NCBI GenBank assembly: GCA_963726255.1
Contig: CAVSBL010000002.1
Coordinates: forward strand, 224,001-288,000
Direction of reading: 5' to 3'
Length of the DNA: 64,000 nucleotides
Source of the DNA: Candidatus Bathyarchaeota archaeon
Lineage (GTDB): Archaea > Thermoproteota > Bathyarchaeia > 40CM-2-53-6
The translations under genes were made by a program, and so were the position numbers. Shown here one piece after another: positions 29,342-39,363 of this stretch (positions are counted from its first letter, which is position 1; every line of letters begins with the position of its first letter). The notes beneath the pieces were generated by a model, which saw only the letters and a list, made by a program, of their open reading frames with translations, was not told the DNA's origin and did no database searches.

Positions 29342-32300
29342 TTAGCCGCGTGGAGTCGAAAATTTCTCGTCATCCGATAATTCAAGCTTAATCATTTCAT
29401 CGATATCATGTATGCAAGAGTCAGCAATTACTCGGACAGTTTCTGAAGATACCTGATCATCCTTGATTTTCTGAAAGATCGCCTTACGTCGGACCAGCTC
29501 AGGCGGAGGTTCACCGGGTCTCGCCGTATATGCATGAGGCGGATGCGTCTTTCGGTAGAACATTGACTCAACTTGATTTCTTAATCCAGCTGAGATGCCC
29601 TCAGATCCAACCCTCGCGAAGATATTCGAATTATCTTCTTTGAGTTCTAGAAATTCACATGCGGTTAACGCGTTCTCGATTCTATGAGCGTTCAGCTGTC
29701 TATCGATGTATGTCGTAAGACTCGCCTGCATTTGAAGTCGATTCGGGTCTGCGAAGGGTAGGAAGAGATTGCGTAGGCACATTTGGTAGATTGCGTCTTT
29801 GCTGTACCATGCTATGACTGCGTCCATTAGTTTGTCGAATGCCTCGACTGATTTCGTCAAACTCGCTACTGCGTCGATTCCATCTCCAGGTATTGGCTCA
29901 TACTGGTAATCTTTCATGCGAATTGTTGAGAGGCGTTCCTGAAGGAGAAAGATTACTGACTGTATATCAGAGCACACAAACGAGATGATTCGTTGAGAAT
30001 CGTAGTCTAAGTTGGGCATCTCAACTAGTCGGTTCAGTAATGCCCTTCGCAGTAGTACAAGCTCATGTGAAGGAAGTGCCCCAATGATGTTTCCCTTCCG
30101 CAGGAGAACCAAAGACACAGCGAAGCTTAGCTGCTGATAATCATCCTCCATAGAAACTCCAAGACGCAATAGCTTAGTGAGTAAGTACACACTCTGAAAC
30201 TTGTCGAATAAGAAATCGAGATAGCTAATTACTTGATATTTGGTGCCGGAGCTTCCGAACGTCAGTAATTTGTGGAGCCAAAGGTATAAACTGAAAGAGG
30301 AAATTGTGTTCTTGGTAGTCGATTTAGTTCTGTTGTCGTCAATACGACTGAACTTGTCAAAGACGGCCGCAACGATCGTTTGATACCCTCCTTTGTCAAG
30401 TAATTCTATGAATCTACTATAGGTTCGAGACCTTGTAAATTGAAACCTGCATGTACATGCTAAAAAGGCCTGCACTTTTGACTCGGAAGTTCTCGGAAGT
30501 TCTGAAATAGTCTCCTCAGCCATCATTCGAAGGAAGCGCCCATCGAGTTCTGCAAGAGCTGCTTGCATTTCGTCCTTGAAGCGAGTCGGGGTGTCGGCCC
30601 AAAGTGCATTGTTGCTTCTAATTTCCGCGAACACTGGTCTCTGTTGATGAACCCATGAGGTTAGTATCGGAGCGGTCACACGGTTGGGCGGCTCCCGCAG
30701 CGATTTGTCCAATGACTTAAGAAATCGCAAAACGTCGCCAGGTGTAGGATACTTCTCTGGCAAAGTGGAGGTTATTTTGTCGAATTCTTCCGGTAAGAAT
30801 ACTCGTCTAGACGTGAATGACTGAATGAACCATTTCCAACGCCCATCCTGTGGTGCGTTTTTCCTCAGATTCTCGAAGCTCTCTGAGATGTAATATGGCG
30901 ATAGGTAGTGACTGAACATCAAATATTCAGAAGATCTAGGCATCGCTTCCAAGAACTTCTCAGTTTCCTCTGTACCAGGAGTGCTCTGTGCCCACCAAGT
31001 CAAGAACAGGTTCTCAATTTTGTTCAGAACTGCAAAATCCATATCTGATCTGATTGTGTTTCCTATTAGTCGAGTTACATGTCTCCTTTCTTGAGCAATT
31101 CTTGATTCAAGTGGCAAGGCACTCTCACTAACCCTTTGCAATCGAGTCTTTCCGAGAACTTCAGCAACATCTAGTGCTGCAATTCTTGCCTTTGGTGAAG
31201 AATGTTCGATCATAAGCGAGAGAACTCTAAGGGCTTCGTCTCTAATCGCTGTCACCTCGGCGGTTTGTGAAAGAATCTTTTCTCCGAACGTCACCCTGAG
31301 TGTCCTGGATTCTGAATATTCATGGGAACCAGCGAGAACCTCCGAAAGAGCTGGAAAGAGCAGCTCGACTTGTGTGTCCGATCCGTTTATCCAAGTTTCT
31401 AGGATCGACAGCGCCTCGCAGATCTGAGATGCGCTGTTCTGCAAAGGAGAGACGCATGAACGTATCAATGATTTTGTCTTGTAGTTGTCGTATCTGCCTG
31501 GAATGTTCTTCCTGTGAAGTAGATTGATGATGTCAAGTATTGTTGATCGAGATTGACGTGTTGAGATTAATTGCGCAATGACAGGTCCGTAGTCATCCGT
31601 TGATAGTGGCAGACGAGGGTCGTCGTCATCTCTTTCTATGTAACATCGAAGAAGGCGTGCACATTCGGTCGGAACGATCGGGGTTATGCTAGGAATCGCG
31701 TTGAGGACTCCTCGCATAGATCGGTGAGGTCCTTCGTTCGGATGTAATGACCAATGTAAAACATGTCCCGCCAATACTCGTCTAAGGCTTGGAACTTCTG
31801 CGTATTTAGCGGCTGATGCTAAGTTGTTCAGTGCGTTCTCAGGGGCGGTTTGAAGCCAGGGGTCAACCAACGAAATCAGGTTTTCTACATTCATGTTCTG
31901 AATCTGTCGCAAAAGGTACAGGTCGCCCTTCATGTCAGGGTTGAACCGGACCGTGTCGCCAATTTCTCTCAGTATTCCTGCTCTGATCATTCGATTCAAT
32001 GAATCTTGTAATAGCTCTCGCTCTTGCGATATCACCGTGGATATGCTTGAGATTGTTGGCGGGGATAAAGCGATGAATGTCTGTGAAATCGAAGTCGTCT
32101 CTCGTTTTGATATAGGAGATATCAAAGTCAGGTTTGTGACTAGCTGTGTTACAACATTTCTTGGCATTAACCCGTTAAGGCATTGAAACGCTTCGAATTC
32201 AAGTTCCCCACTCAGTCTTGCCTTAATTGCCTCGATGTCAAAAGTGGTCTGACCACTCAGACGCCTACCAATCCACACGATAATGAATGGATTCGGATAT

Positions 32301-33328
32301 TGGGCGACAATCTCTAACTCATCAGGCACGGTGTCCTTCCCAGCAGCAACATGCAACAGTTTGACGAGATCCTCAGAGCTCCAGTCCTCAATGCGTATGT
32401 CTTCGGAAAATTCTGCCAGCCTCAGGGCATTCAGTTGCTCGTTAACGGCCTGTAGTGCCGCGCTTCGTAGTGCGATAACCAGTTTCGTCGAACGCGGATT
32501 AGTCTTGCACATAGTCAATAATGATCTGAGATCGTCTGTAATCGCATCTGCCTCGTCCAGGAACAAGACGTATGCTCTGCCCGGCACAAGCTCATCTCCT
32601 ATCGCCTCGGTCATTGAACGCGGGCCTAGTCGGGTAGCCCATGGCTGAAAGAGATTGTTGGTTTGATGAGCTAAGCTGGCTATCTGTCGAAGAAGATGAG
32701 ATTTTCCATAACCGCCTGGAGAATGTACTAGGAGAACAGTGCGGTCAGACAACAGGAATCGCTTTGCTCTTGCCAGATATTGCTCGAACGACGAATTCAC
32801 GCCGTCGATTGGTAGGAGTTGCGGCGCGTTTTCGTTGAAATACAAGTTCCAAGGAACGAATTTTGGAAATTGTGGAGCGCCAAAAAAGAAGTGTCGTAAG
32901 AAAGGTTGACGCTCAATCCGAATGGTCAAGCGCTCTCGATGCCAGACTTTCAGAGAAATTGAGGTGCCCGTGTTCAGTTTTTCAAGAGTGCGTACTTGAG
33001 ACGTTTTCATTTGCGCATTTGTTGCAACTCTCAAATGGTCTGCTTTGTTTTGTTTCGCCTTGTCAAGCTCTGCTTTAATCTCCTTAGTAAGTATTCGTTG
33101 GGCCTCTTTCATCGATTTGGTTGTCCACTTTGATTGTATCGACCAATGTCCGCTGAGTTCTTCCATCGGATACTCCCCGGTGAAATCACCATCAAATCCG
33201 CCATCGGCTCCGATGTAAGGGCTGCTTGGTATGAATCCTGGGGAATTGCATTCTAACGCAAAGAGGTGATTCACCAAACGCTGAAACGTCTTCTCGTTGT
33301 CTATCCTTGACCATTCGAGCGTTGACAT
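29342..33328 (-). CDS. Mrr-like nuclease fused to STAND-type P-loop NTPase with long helical C-terminus (Avs-like defence protein)
   Basis: N-terminal FQRLV...GADGGFD...IQSK; Walker A SPGGYGKS; Walker B LFLDEAD; 1328 aa. Confidence 0.78.
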   Translation of the reverse strand: MSTLEWSRIDNEKTFQRLVNHLFALECNSPGFIPSSPYIGADGGFDGDFTGEYPMEELSGHWSIQSKWTTKSMKEAQRILTKEIKAELDKAKQNKADHLRVATNAQMKTSQVRTLEKLNTGTSISLKVWHRERLTIRIERQPFLRHFFFGAPQFPKFVPWNLYFNENAPQLLPIDGVNSSFEQYLARAKRFLLSDRTVLLVHSPGGYGKSHLLRQIASLAHQTNNLFQPWATRLGPRSMTEAIGDELVPGRAYVLFLDEADAITDDLRSLLTMCKTNPRSTKLVIALRSAALQAVNEQLNALRLAEFSEDIRIEDWSSEDLVKLLHVAAGKDTVPDELEIVAQYPNPFIIVWIGRRLSGQTTFDIEAIKARLSGELEFEAFQCLNGLMPRNVVTQLVTNLTLISPISKRETTSISQTFIALSPPTISSISTVISQERELLQDSLNRMIRAGILREIGDTVRFNPDMKGDLYLLRQIQNMNVENLISLVDPWLQTAPENALNNLASAAKYAEVPSLRRVLAGHVLHWSLHPNEGPHRSMRGVLNAIPSITPIVPTECARLLRCYIERDDDDPRLPLSTDDYGPVIAQLISTRQSRSTILDIINLLHRKNIPGRYDNYKTKSLIRSCVSPLQNSASQICEALSILETWINGSDTQVELLFPALSEVLAGSHEYSESRTLRVTFGEKILSQTAEVTAIRDEALRVLSLMIEHSSPKARIAALDVAEVLGKTRLQRVSESALPLESRIAQERRHVTRLIGNTIRSDMDFAVLNKIENLFLTWWAQSTPGTEETEKFLEAMPRSSEYLMFSHYLSPYYISESFENLRKNAPQDGRWKWFIQSFTSRRVFLPEEFDKITSTLPEKYPTPGDVLRFLKSLDKSLREPPNRVTAPILTSWVHQQRPVFAEIRSNNALWADTPTRFKDEMQAALAELDGRFLRMMAEETISELPRTSESKVQAFLACTCRFQFTRSRTYSRFIELLDKGGYQTIVAAVFDKFSRIDDNRTKSTTKNTISSFSLYLWLHKLLTFGSSGTKYQVISYLDFLFDKFQSVYLLTKLLRLGVSMEDDYQQLSFAVSLVLLRKGNIIGALPSHELVLLRRALLNRLVEMPNLDYDSQRIISFVCSDIQSVIFLLQERLSTIRMKDYQYEPIPGDGIDAVASLTKSVEAFDKLMDAVIAWYSKDAIYQMCLRNLFLPFADPNRLQMQASLTTYIDRQLNAHRIENALTACEFLELKEDNSNIFARVGSEGISAGLRNQVESMFYRKTHPPHAYTARPGEPPPELVRRKAIFQKIKDDQVSSETVRVIADSCIHDIDEMIKLELSDDEKFSTPRG

Positions 33329-33490
33329 ATCGGCGACGCTCTACCGTAAGTAGAATGGCCCAAACCCGTATACGTTCAATTGCTGAAGAGAACGTTGTAT
33401 CTCATCTAGTCGCTCTCTCATGGTCATTATCGGCAATTTGATTCCGAGGTATTCCCACAAGTGAGAAGGCCGTATTTGTGTTGTGGACAC

Positions 33491-33525
33491 CCGAAGGGAT
33501 TCACTGCGGCTACGTGGTGGGTCTT
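33491..33525 (-). repeat. Partial att copy with flanking palindrome
   Basis: CCGAAGGGATT then CACTGCG-GCTA-CGTGGTG-GGTCTT, matching the motif at 42753-42780. Confidence 0.75.
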
Positions 33526-33673
33526 CACCAAATTCCGATCAAGTGAAGACAATCTTGTTCTGACCACATTTCGATATACAATAGGCTCTGTTTCTCTTTA
33601 GCGTTTGCGTCTTAGCTGAGGCTTGCGAATTTTCTGGACGTATCGAGAATCGACTCAGGGGGTGGAGCTGAAA

Positions 33674-33700
33674 GCGTCGGGGGTGGGATTTGAACCCCCC
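33674..33700 (-). pseudogene. 3'-half remnant of a tRNA-Ser-like gene
   Basis: Reverse strand GGGGGGTTCAAATCCCACCCCCGACGC; T-arm and acceptor 3' strand only. Confidence 0.65.
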
Positions 33701-33948
33701 GTAGTTCCCGTGCTTGGCTGGATGAACACAGGACCTCTATCAGTCTGCGAGCGTTTATCATCGGGCAATCTGCTCACGTTCTTGAATAGTGTGTGAACCC
33801 AATAGGGGTCCCGTAATGATCTGGGCACGCCTTTTTCCGCTCAGCCGGAACCTAAATGTAAGGATGGTTTGAACGCCGCGGCGGAGTAACACCCTTATCG
33901 TGATCATCCCTGTGATTCATATTAGCTAGGCACCCGGATGCTTGCAAC

Positions 33949-34782
33949 TTGAGCACAGGAATTTTTGTTCAGACACGTGCTCTTCAATTTCTCAGAGGTC
34001 AGTTTAACAAAGACATTGGACTTTGCTATGAGTCGCATGATCCTTCAACCCCCACCTTTCAACAGACGTTTTGGACAATGAACGATAACGGACTGGCTGT
34101 GCGAGCCTTTGAGAGGCTGGGAGATACGAACACCGCAAATATGATCGCCCAACAGCTACAGAGTCTACCGTTACCATTTGGTCATAATTCTTTCTTCAAT
34201 AATGGATGGGCTGATTGTTTCATTCATCAAGAAATCATAACACCTTCTCCGTTTCGAGGAACGCAATGCTATAGGTTTCTGAATGAAAGTGGTGAGCTGT
34301 CACCATCGATGGACTGCAAAGGCGGCCTAGAAGGAATCATGCACGAGGAAGCAAATGGTGGGCTGATGCGCGACGAAGAAAATTACTTCTTGTTGTCGGC
34401 TAGTAAAGCGCTCAATTGCCACAAGGCAGGAGACCCCACGAACAGAGATAGACTCGTTGCTCATATCGAGCAATTCTGGGATAATGACAACACTGGCTTT
34501 CGCGATATGATAGACACACCACCAGCTTCCCTGAAGAATACGATGAAGCTTGCCGTATACATAATTCTGGGAGCAAGGTGCGGTTGGCCACCGACGTTTT
34601 CTACAACTCTTCCAACGCAAGCGAAGAGACTAATGAATAGTCTTCAACTAGCCAATGGAGGCTTTGCTACGCAGTATTTCATCCACAACGGTGCAATCTA
34701 CTGGCCTCGAACCGACACCCATGGTAATATTGAAACCACCAGTGTTTGCGTATTGGCAAACATTAATCCGAACACATACTAG
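33949..34782 (+). CDS. Hypothetical protein, possible alpha/alpha-barrel fold
   Basis: 277-aa ORF; LQLANGGF resembles a prenyltransferase-like repeat; ETTSVCVLA. Confidence 0.7.
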   Translation: MSTGIFVQTRALQFLRGQFNKDIGLCYESHDPSTPTFQQTFWTMNDNGLAVRAFERLGDTNTANMIAQQLQSLPLPFGHNSFFNNGWADCFIHQEIITPSPFRGTQCYRFLNESGELSPSMDCKGGLEGIMHEEANGGLMRDEENYFLLSASKALNCHKAGDPTNRDRLVAHIEQFWDNDNTGFRDMIDTPPASLKNTMKLAVYIILGARCGWPPTFSTTLPTQAKRLMNSLQLANGGFATQYFIHNGAIYWPRTDTHGNIETTSVCVLANINPNTY

Positions 34783-34938
34783 AACGAACAAAGACCACAA
34801 ACAATCGAGATCAGGATATTCTCTGCAAGTAATTACTCTGAAAAATTGGGCTAATCCAATGGGGCGCAAAAGAAATAGCGACGAAACAGCCACATTTGCA
34901 GTGCGCCAAATTCCGATTCCTTCGGTGAGGAATAGACC

Positions 34939-35150
34939 TTGATGGCTTCAACTCACATGGCTTTCGGGTTCGTGTCTAGCTATTTCCTCGCTGTCGTCCT
35001 TGCTACCCGTATTGCAAGTTGGGCCTATCCGGTTATCATGCCGGTTACTGCTGTCTTCGCTCTCGTGGGTGTCTTCGGAGGATTGTTTCCAGATATCGAC
35101 CAGTTCGAGTTCTGGGGACCAACATGGATCAGAAAGTACTTATTTCATGA
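34939..35150 (+). pseudogene. Truncated YdjM-like membrane metal-dependent hydrolase
   Basis: THMAFG...GGLFPDID N-terminal motifs; expected downstream HR.xTHS motif missing. Confidence 0.65.
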
Positions 35151-35438
35151 TTTGGTTTATCTCAGCAGTTTTCGATGTACAGATTCGAGCCAAGGACCGG
35201 CAAGCGAAAGAACTGGCGATTTCCCATTGAGTGTTTGGTCACTGGGCTTATCAAGAAACTTTTTCCTGAAACTGTCAAATATATCGACCGAGGATTTAAC
35301 ATTCAGGACTTCGGCTGGCTGGGAACTTCTCATTACAGGATCTAACACTTCAACCTCAGGGCAGCGACTATTACGTTTTGACGAGATGAGAAGTCACTAA
35401 ATTGTAGTTCGGATGATTACTTAAGACAAGGGTGAAAG

Positions 35439-36575
35439 ATTGCGCGCAGGGTTCTTTGGGTCGTCGGCTTCCTAGGTCTGCTTTCTACTATAATTGTCTC
35501 ATCATGCCTCGTGTCCTTCTATGGTCAGATATCGCGGCAATACGATTTCATACCTTTCAAACTTAGAGTTAGACCTGGAACAAATGGCGACGGCGGAATC
35601 TCGTTCGCACCAGGCATCATGCCCACAAACCCTCAAAATCCAATACTCAAGTCTCCTCTAAGTCTCACCAGCCCGGGCGACCTTGGTACATCGGGTGACC
35701 TAATCACCGACTGGGACACTTCTAATTGGGCAACCCTCGCTGTCGTGGACGGACGTTCTACACCAGCAATTCTAGCAGCGAATTACGGTGAGGAGGGAGG
35801 ACAGGTCGCTTACGTTACGAATCAGTTGGCGCCTTTTCCGAAACTTGTCTATGACCTTCTGGCGTGGCATTTCGATGGATCACAGAATAGGACAATCAAA
35901 ATCGCGGTTATGATCGAAAGCATGGTGCCCCCTGAGCAGATTCTCAACGACTGGGATGGGTGCTTCCAAGAAGTCGCAACATTGGCGAGTGAGAATAGAA
36001 CTTCCTGGAATATTCAGTATAGCAGAATACGAGTCTTTCAGTTGAACAACTTGGACCTCAACCGGTTTGATGTTCTGGTTTTGGCTGTAGGTTGGGGAGA
36101 CGGCTACTTTTCTACAGGCTGGAATTGGAACATCCATCAAGGCGGCGCGGCGGCGCGTCGATTTGTTGGACGGGGCGGTCTTCTTCTGTTGCCTGAAGCT
36201 GGCTTCTACGACGATTACGGGTTTTGGCTTGGGGATCGCCAAATAGTTTTTCCAGTTGCGGCTTTAGAGGCGAGTTTGAGCAGTCAGGCGAACGCATTCG
36301 CGATGGCTGGCGCATCATTGTCCGGTATTGGATTCCTGTACACGATTAAGAAGGATTACCTTACGGAACCAAGTTATGCCTGGATCACGATGTACCTCTT
36401 CTTAGTAGGCTTCATCTGGTTCATGGTACCAATCTTCTTTTCTGGAAACTTATGGGCGCAAACTTCGGTCGTCTTAACCGCGACAGTCCTTGATGGCGTC
36501 GCAATATTCTCAGCCCTTGTAGCCATTGTCTTGAGACAGATACATTCGGGAGCAGCTAATTCCACTGATCCATAA
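35439..36575 (+). CDS. Hypothetical membrane protein with extracellular domain and three C-terminal TM (possible ATT start; track start 35511)
   Basis: FDVLVL...FVGRGGLLL resembles a class I GATase-like fold; in-frame signal-like segment upstream of 35511. Confidence 0.7.
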   Translation: MARRVLWVVGFLGLLSTIIVSSCLVSFYGQISRQYDFIPFKLRVRPGTNGDGGISFAPGIMPTNPQNPILKSPLSLTSPGDLGTSGDLITDWDTSNWATLAVVDGRSTPAILAANYGEEGGQVAYVTNQLAPFPKLVYDLLAWHFDGSQNRTIKIAVMIESMVPPEQILNDWDGCFQEVATLASENRTSWNIQYSRIRVFQLNNLDLNRFDVLVLAVGWGDGYFSTGWNWNIHQGGAAARRFVGRGGLLLLPEAGFYDDYGFWLGDRQIVFPVAALEASLSSQANAFAMAGASLSGIGFLYTIKKDYLTEPSYAWITMYLFLVGFIWFMVPIFFSGNLWAQTSVVLTATVLDGVAIFSALVAIVLRQIHSGAANSTDP

Positions 36576-36915
36576 TCCACAAAGGCGTTCGGTTATCTCC
36601 TTTGGCATCGCCTCAAGCATAATCACGTCGGTTCGCGTCCCGTGGAATCCCAGTAGCTTAGCTCCAAGAGCGTGTTTGGATTGGGGAGGAACTTACGTTT
36701 TGAACGAAAATGGGGGAAGGAAACACTGATCAGTACTGTTTTCCGCAGCACTTACGAGGAACGATGCTATTTTCATTATACTAAATCAGATTCAGCGTCA
36801 AGCATCACGCTGAAACGATCTCAGTGCAAACTGTTCTGTGAGTCAGTTCGATTCCTTAACCGAGATAACATTCCGTAGGGAATGCGCTTACTTTAACTGA
36901 ACCGTATCACGCTGT

Positions 36916-38391
36916 ATGACTAGTAGTAATTACCGTACATGCCTAATCGTTAAGCACGGCATGGAACACTGTGTACTAGTGGTTATTTTCCGCGTCGGTC
37001 ACGCTTTCGCGTGCGTGCTTCTTGTCTTCCTAGTTGTTGTCATCGCGCAGGGTTGCGTAACTGCTCAGACTGCTCCGACAGTTGCGCCGAAAGTTACCAT
37101 CGAGCTTTCTCCCGCCACTATTAATGCTGGGTCGAACACGACTCTTGCCGTCACCGTGAGCGATCCAGGAAACTCAAGTTTCACCTACTCCCAGTTGAAC
37201 ATCACAACAATAATTCCACCCCGCTGGAAGTGCGAGTCTGATGTTGGGGCGGATTGCTCAATCCATTCAGTCCTCAATCTCATGAAGGGGCAGTCGAACT
37301 TGACTGAGTATCGAATTTCAATACCGCCGGATGCCTCGCAAGGGGACTATATGATCCACGTGCGCGTGAGTTGGAATCAAACCTATTCCGCAATATACTC
37401 GGCGCGAGTTTCAGTTCAATACGTTCTCGGACCTTCACTTCCAGGTGAAATCCCATTCGTTCTGGCAGTCATGATTCTACCGGGATTCATCGCATTCGCA
37501 ATAGGTGTTTACCTAGGTGGGTCAAAGCTAAGTGACTGCTCGGTGCTGCAACTCGTGCTCGTCAGCATTCTCTTTGGCGCATTCATTTGGCAGACTGGCG
37601 GGCTCAGCATTATTCTGGCGACCTCTAACGCGAACGTCTTACTGAAGACGCTTTCGAACACTGACTTCTTTCAGACGGCTCCTTTCGACTGGTCGAAGTT
37701 TTGGACCATCCTGAATTTGCAGAACATCTGGGTGAGAACGGGGCTGATTGCCATCGCAATTGCAATCGCGGCTCGAATTGGTTCAGTAGCGAGTTGGGTT
37801 TGGCAGAAGTTGGGATTGACATCTCCTGGCAAGCTGTGGCAATGGTGGGATAGCTTGGTAGGAGGTCCCGAAGAAGTGCGTACTACAGCTTGGGAAACTC
37901 AGATGCGTTACTCGCGTCTGAATATACGAGGGTACCGGCGTAAGATCACGCTAACCTTGGCCCAGCAAACTAAGCCGTCAGATGCAGCTAAGCCACCAGA
38001 TCAAACTAAGACGCTAACTGGATTGTTCGTCGCGGGAGAAAAGAAGGATCCACTGAATCTGATTCTGGACCCGCAATACATCGTAGAAGATGCGTCGAAT
38101 CTACATCTTGATTTTACGAGCGCACCTTTCTGGCATAGGCTCTCGTATGTAATCAGACAACGCAAAGACATGAACCATGAATTGAGTGGACTTATCATAG
38201 AGAAAGCCCTGAAAGAAGCGAGAGAGAATAACAAGAAAATATCGACTAATGATAAACTCACAAATCTCACTGGTCGAACTCTGATCCGTGAACAGGTTCT
38301 CGAATGGGAGATATCACCGGATCCAGAACCCATAGCCAAGTTTAGGATCGGTGATGGCTATGTAACTCCCTATGATAAGTCAAAAAAATAG
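36916..38391 (+). CDS. Hypothetical membrane protein with Ig-like domain
   Basis: Signal-like segment, beta-rich domain ending IPPDASQGDY, then TM helices; start uncertain. Confidence 0.72.
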   Translation: MTSSNYRTCLIVKHGMEHCVLVVIFRVGHAFACVLLVFLVVVIAQGCVTAQTAPTVAPKVTIELSPATINAGSNTTLAVTVSDPGNSSFTYSQLNITTIIPPRWKCESDVGADCSIHSVLNLMKGQSNLTEYRISIPPDASQGDYMIHVRVSWNQTYSAIYSARVSVQYVLGPSLPGEIPFVLAVMILPGFIAFAIGVYLGGSKLSDCSVLQLVLVSILFGAFIWQTGGLSIILATSNANVLLKTLSNTDFFQTAPFDWSKFWTILNLQNIWVRTGLIAIAIAIAARIGSVASWVWQKLGLTSPGKLWQWWDSLVGGPEEVRTTAWETQMRYSRLNIRGYRRKITLTLAQQTKPSDAAKPPDQTKTLTGLFVAGEKKDPLNLILDPQYIVEDASNLHLDFTSAPFWHRLSYVIRQRKDMNHELSGLIIEKALKEARENNKKISTNDKLTNLTGRTLIREQVLEWEISPDPEPIAKFRIGDGYVTPYDKSKK

Positions 38392-39133
38392 AGGAAAGAA
38401 CTAACTGAACATTGATTTGAAATTTACAAGCAAGAGAGGCATCGTTGTGATAGGATGGTTCAGCGTTTCCTCTATGGTAGTAAAATAGGTAAAAAGGTAA
38501 AAAGCAAATCGTCCATTTTCCGTTGCGTCCTATATATCTATCAGTTCTTGATTCTCCCACGGTTCTCCGGGCTTTCGTTTACTTCCTGAATCGTGTGTGC
38601 TCTAATGGTGCGGGTACCCAAATTTGAACAGAGGTTTGCGCCCTAGCTTCGTGTGTGTTGGTGCTATCTGTGCGATCTAACTGAGAGTATGTGCGCTGTG
38701 TTCTGAATAGCACGTCAATGAACTTGGTGCCGCTTTCTAGGTAAAAGGTGCCGTTTTCCTTGAAGGGGCCACTTGGTAGGTAAAAATGCCTTCGAAGCAT
38801 TAAAAACATGGGAATGAGCATACGCACACGGACAAAGTATGTTGGACTTACCAGAGATCGACCCTCACCATCCGTATGTTCCATACGAGGCAGAGAGCAT
38901 GCGAGAAGCTATGGTAGAAGGAGAATGGGTGAAGAGAACCCGTGTCGTTACTAGAATGTCTATTTATCCTTGGGTTAAGCGCGAGTATGTCGAAGAAGAC
39001 CCCAGCAGAATTAGAACCAGAGTTATGTACACGCTTATGTGGCAGTAGATTTCTTAGCGTTCTGAATTAGTGTGAGCCATTTGTTCTCTCTCCTTTGCCC
39101 TGCCGCTCTTCAGTTGAGTCGGTCTGGAAGCAT

Positions 39134-39176
39134 TTCGAACCCTTGAAAAGCAGGGTTCGAATCCCTTCGACCCCAC
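39134..39176 (+). repeat. Inverted, intron-free tRNA 3'-half copy within a palindrome
   Basis: TTCGAACCCT-N8-AGGGTTCGAA followed by TCCCTTCGACCCCAC. Confidence 0.75.
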
Positions 39177-39267
39177 GAATCAGTGTGTTTGTAGTCTTCC
39201 TGTGGGAAACCTAACTAGAAAAAATGTCCAAAATAAGGCGGGGATTCGATTCTTCGAGAAATCGGTT

Positions 39268-39352
39268 TGTTCGTTTGTTCGCTGAGCCCAAATATGTTCG
39301 CTCCTTGCGAACGTGTTCGCTAGTAGCGAACATTCATATATGATAGCGAACA
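39268..39352. promoter_or_regulatory. Putative autoregulatory operators and TATA box of the AbiE-like operon
   Basis: GTTCGC-N5-GCGAAC at 39296-39312 and 39315-39331, extra half-sites, TATAT about 25 nt before ATG 39364. Confidence 0.72.
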
Positions 39353-39363
39353 CACTCTTCCCC

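Noticed and set aside
38579-39048. Two short overlapping ORFs as genes
   Set aside because: No motifs or clear start signals; cannot tell which, if either, is real
39100-39180. Complete tRNA on the plus strand
   Set aside because: Only the T-arm and acceptor 3' strand are present; no D-arm, anticodon arm or matching 5' strand
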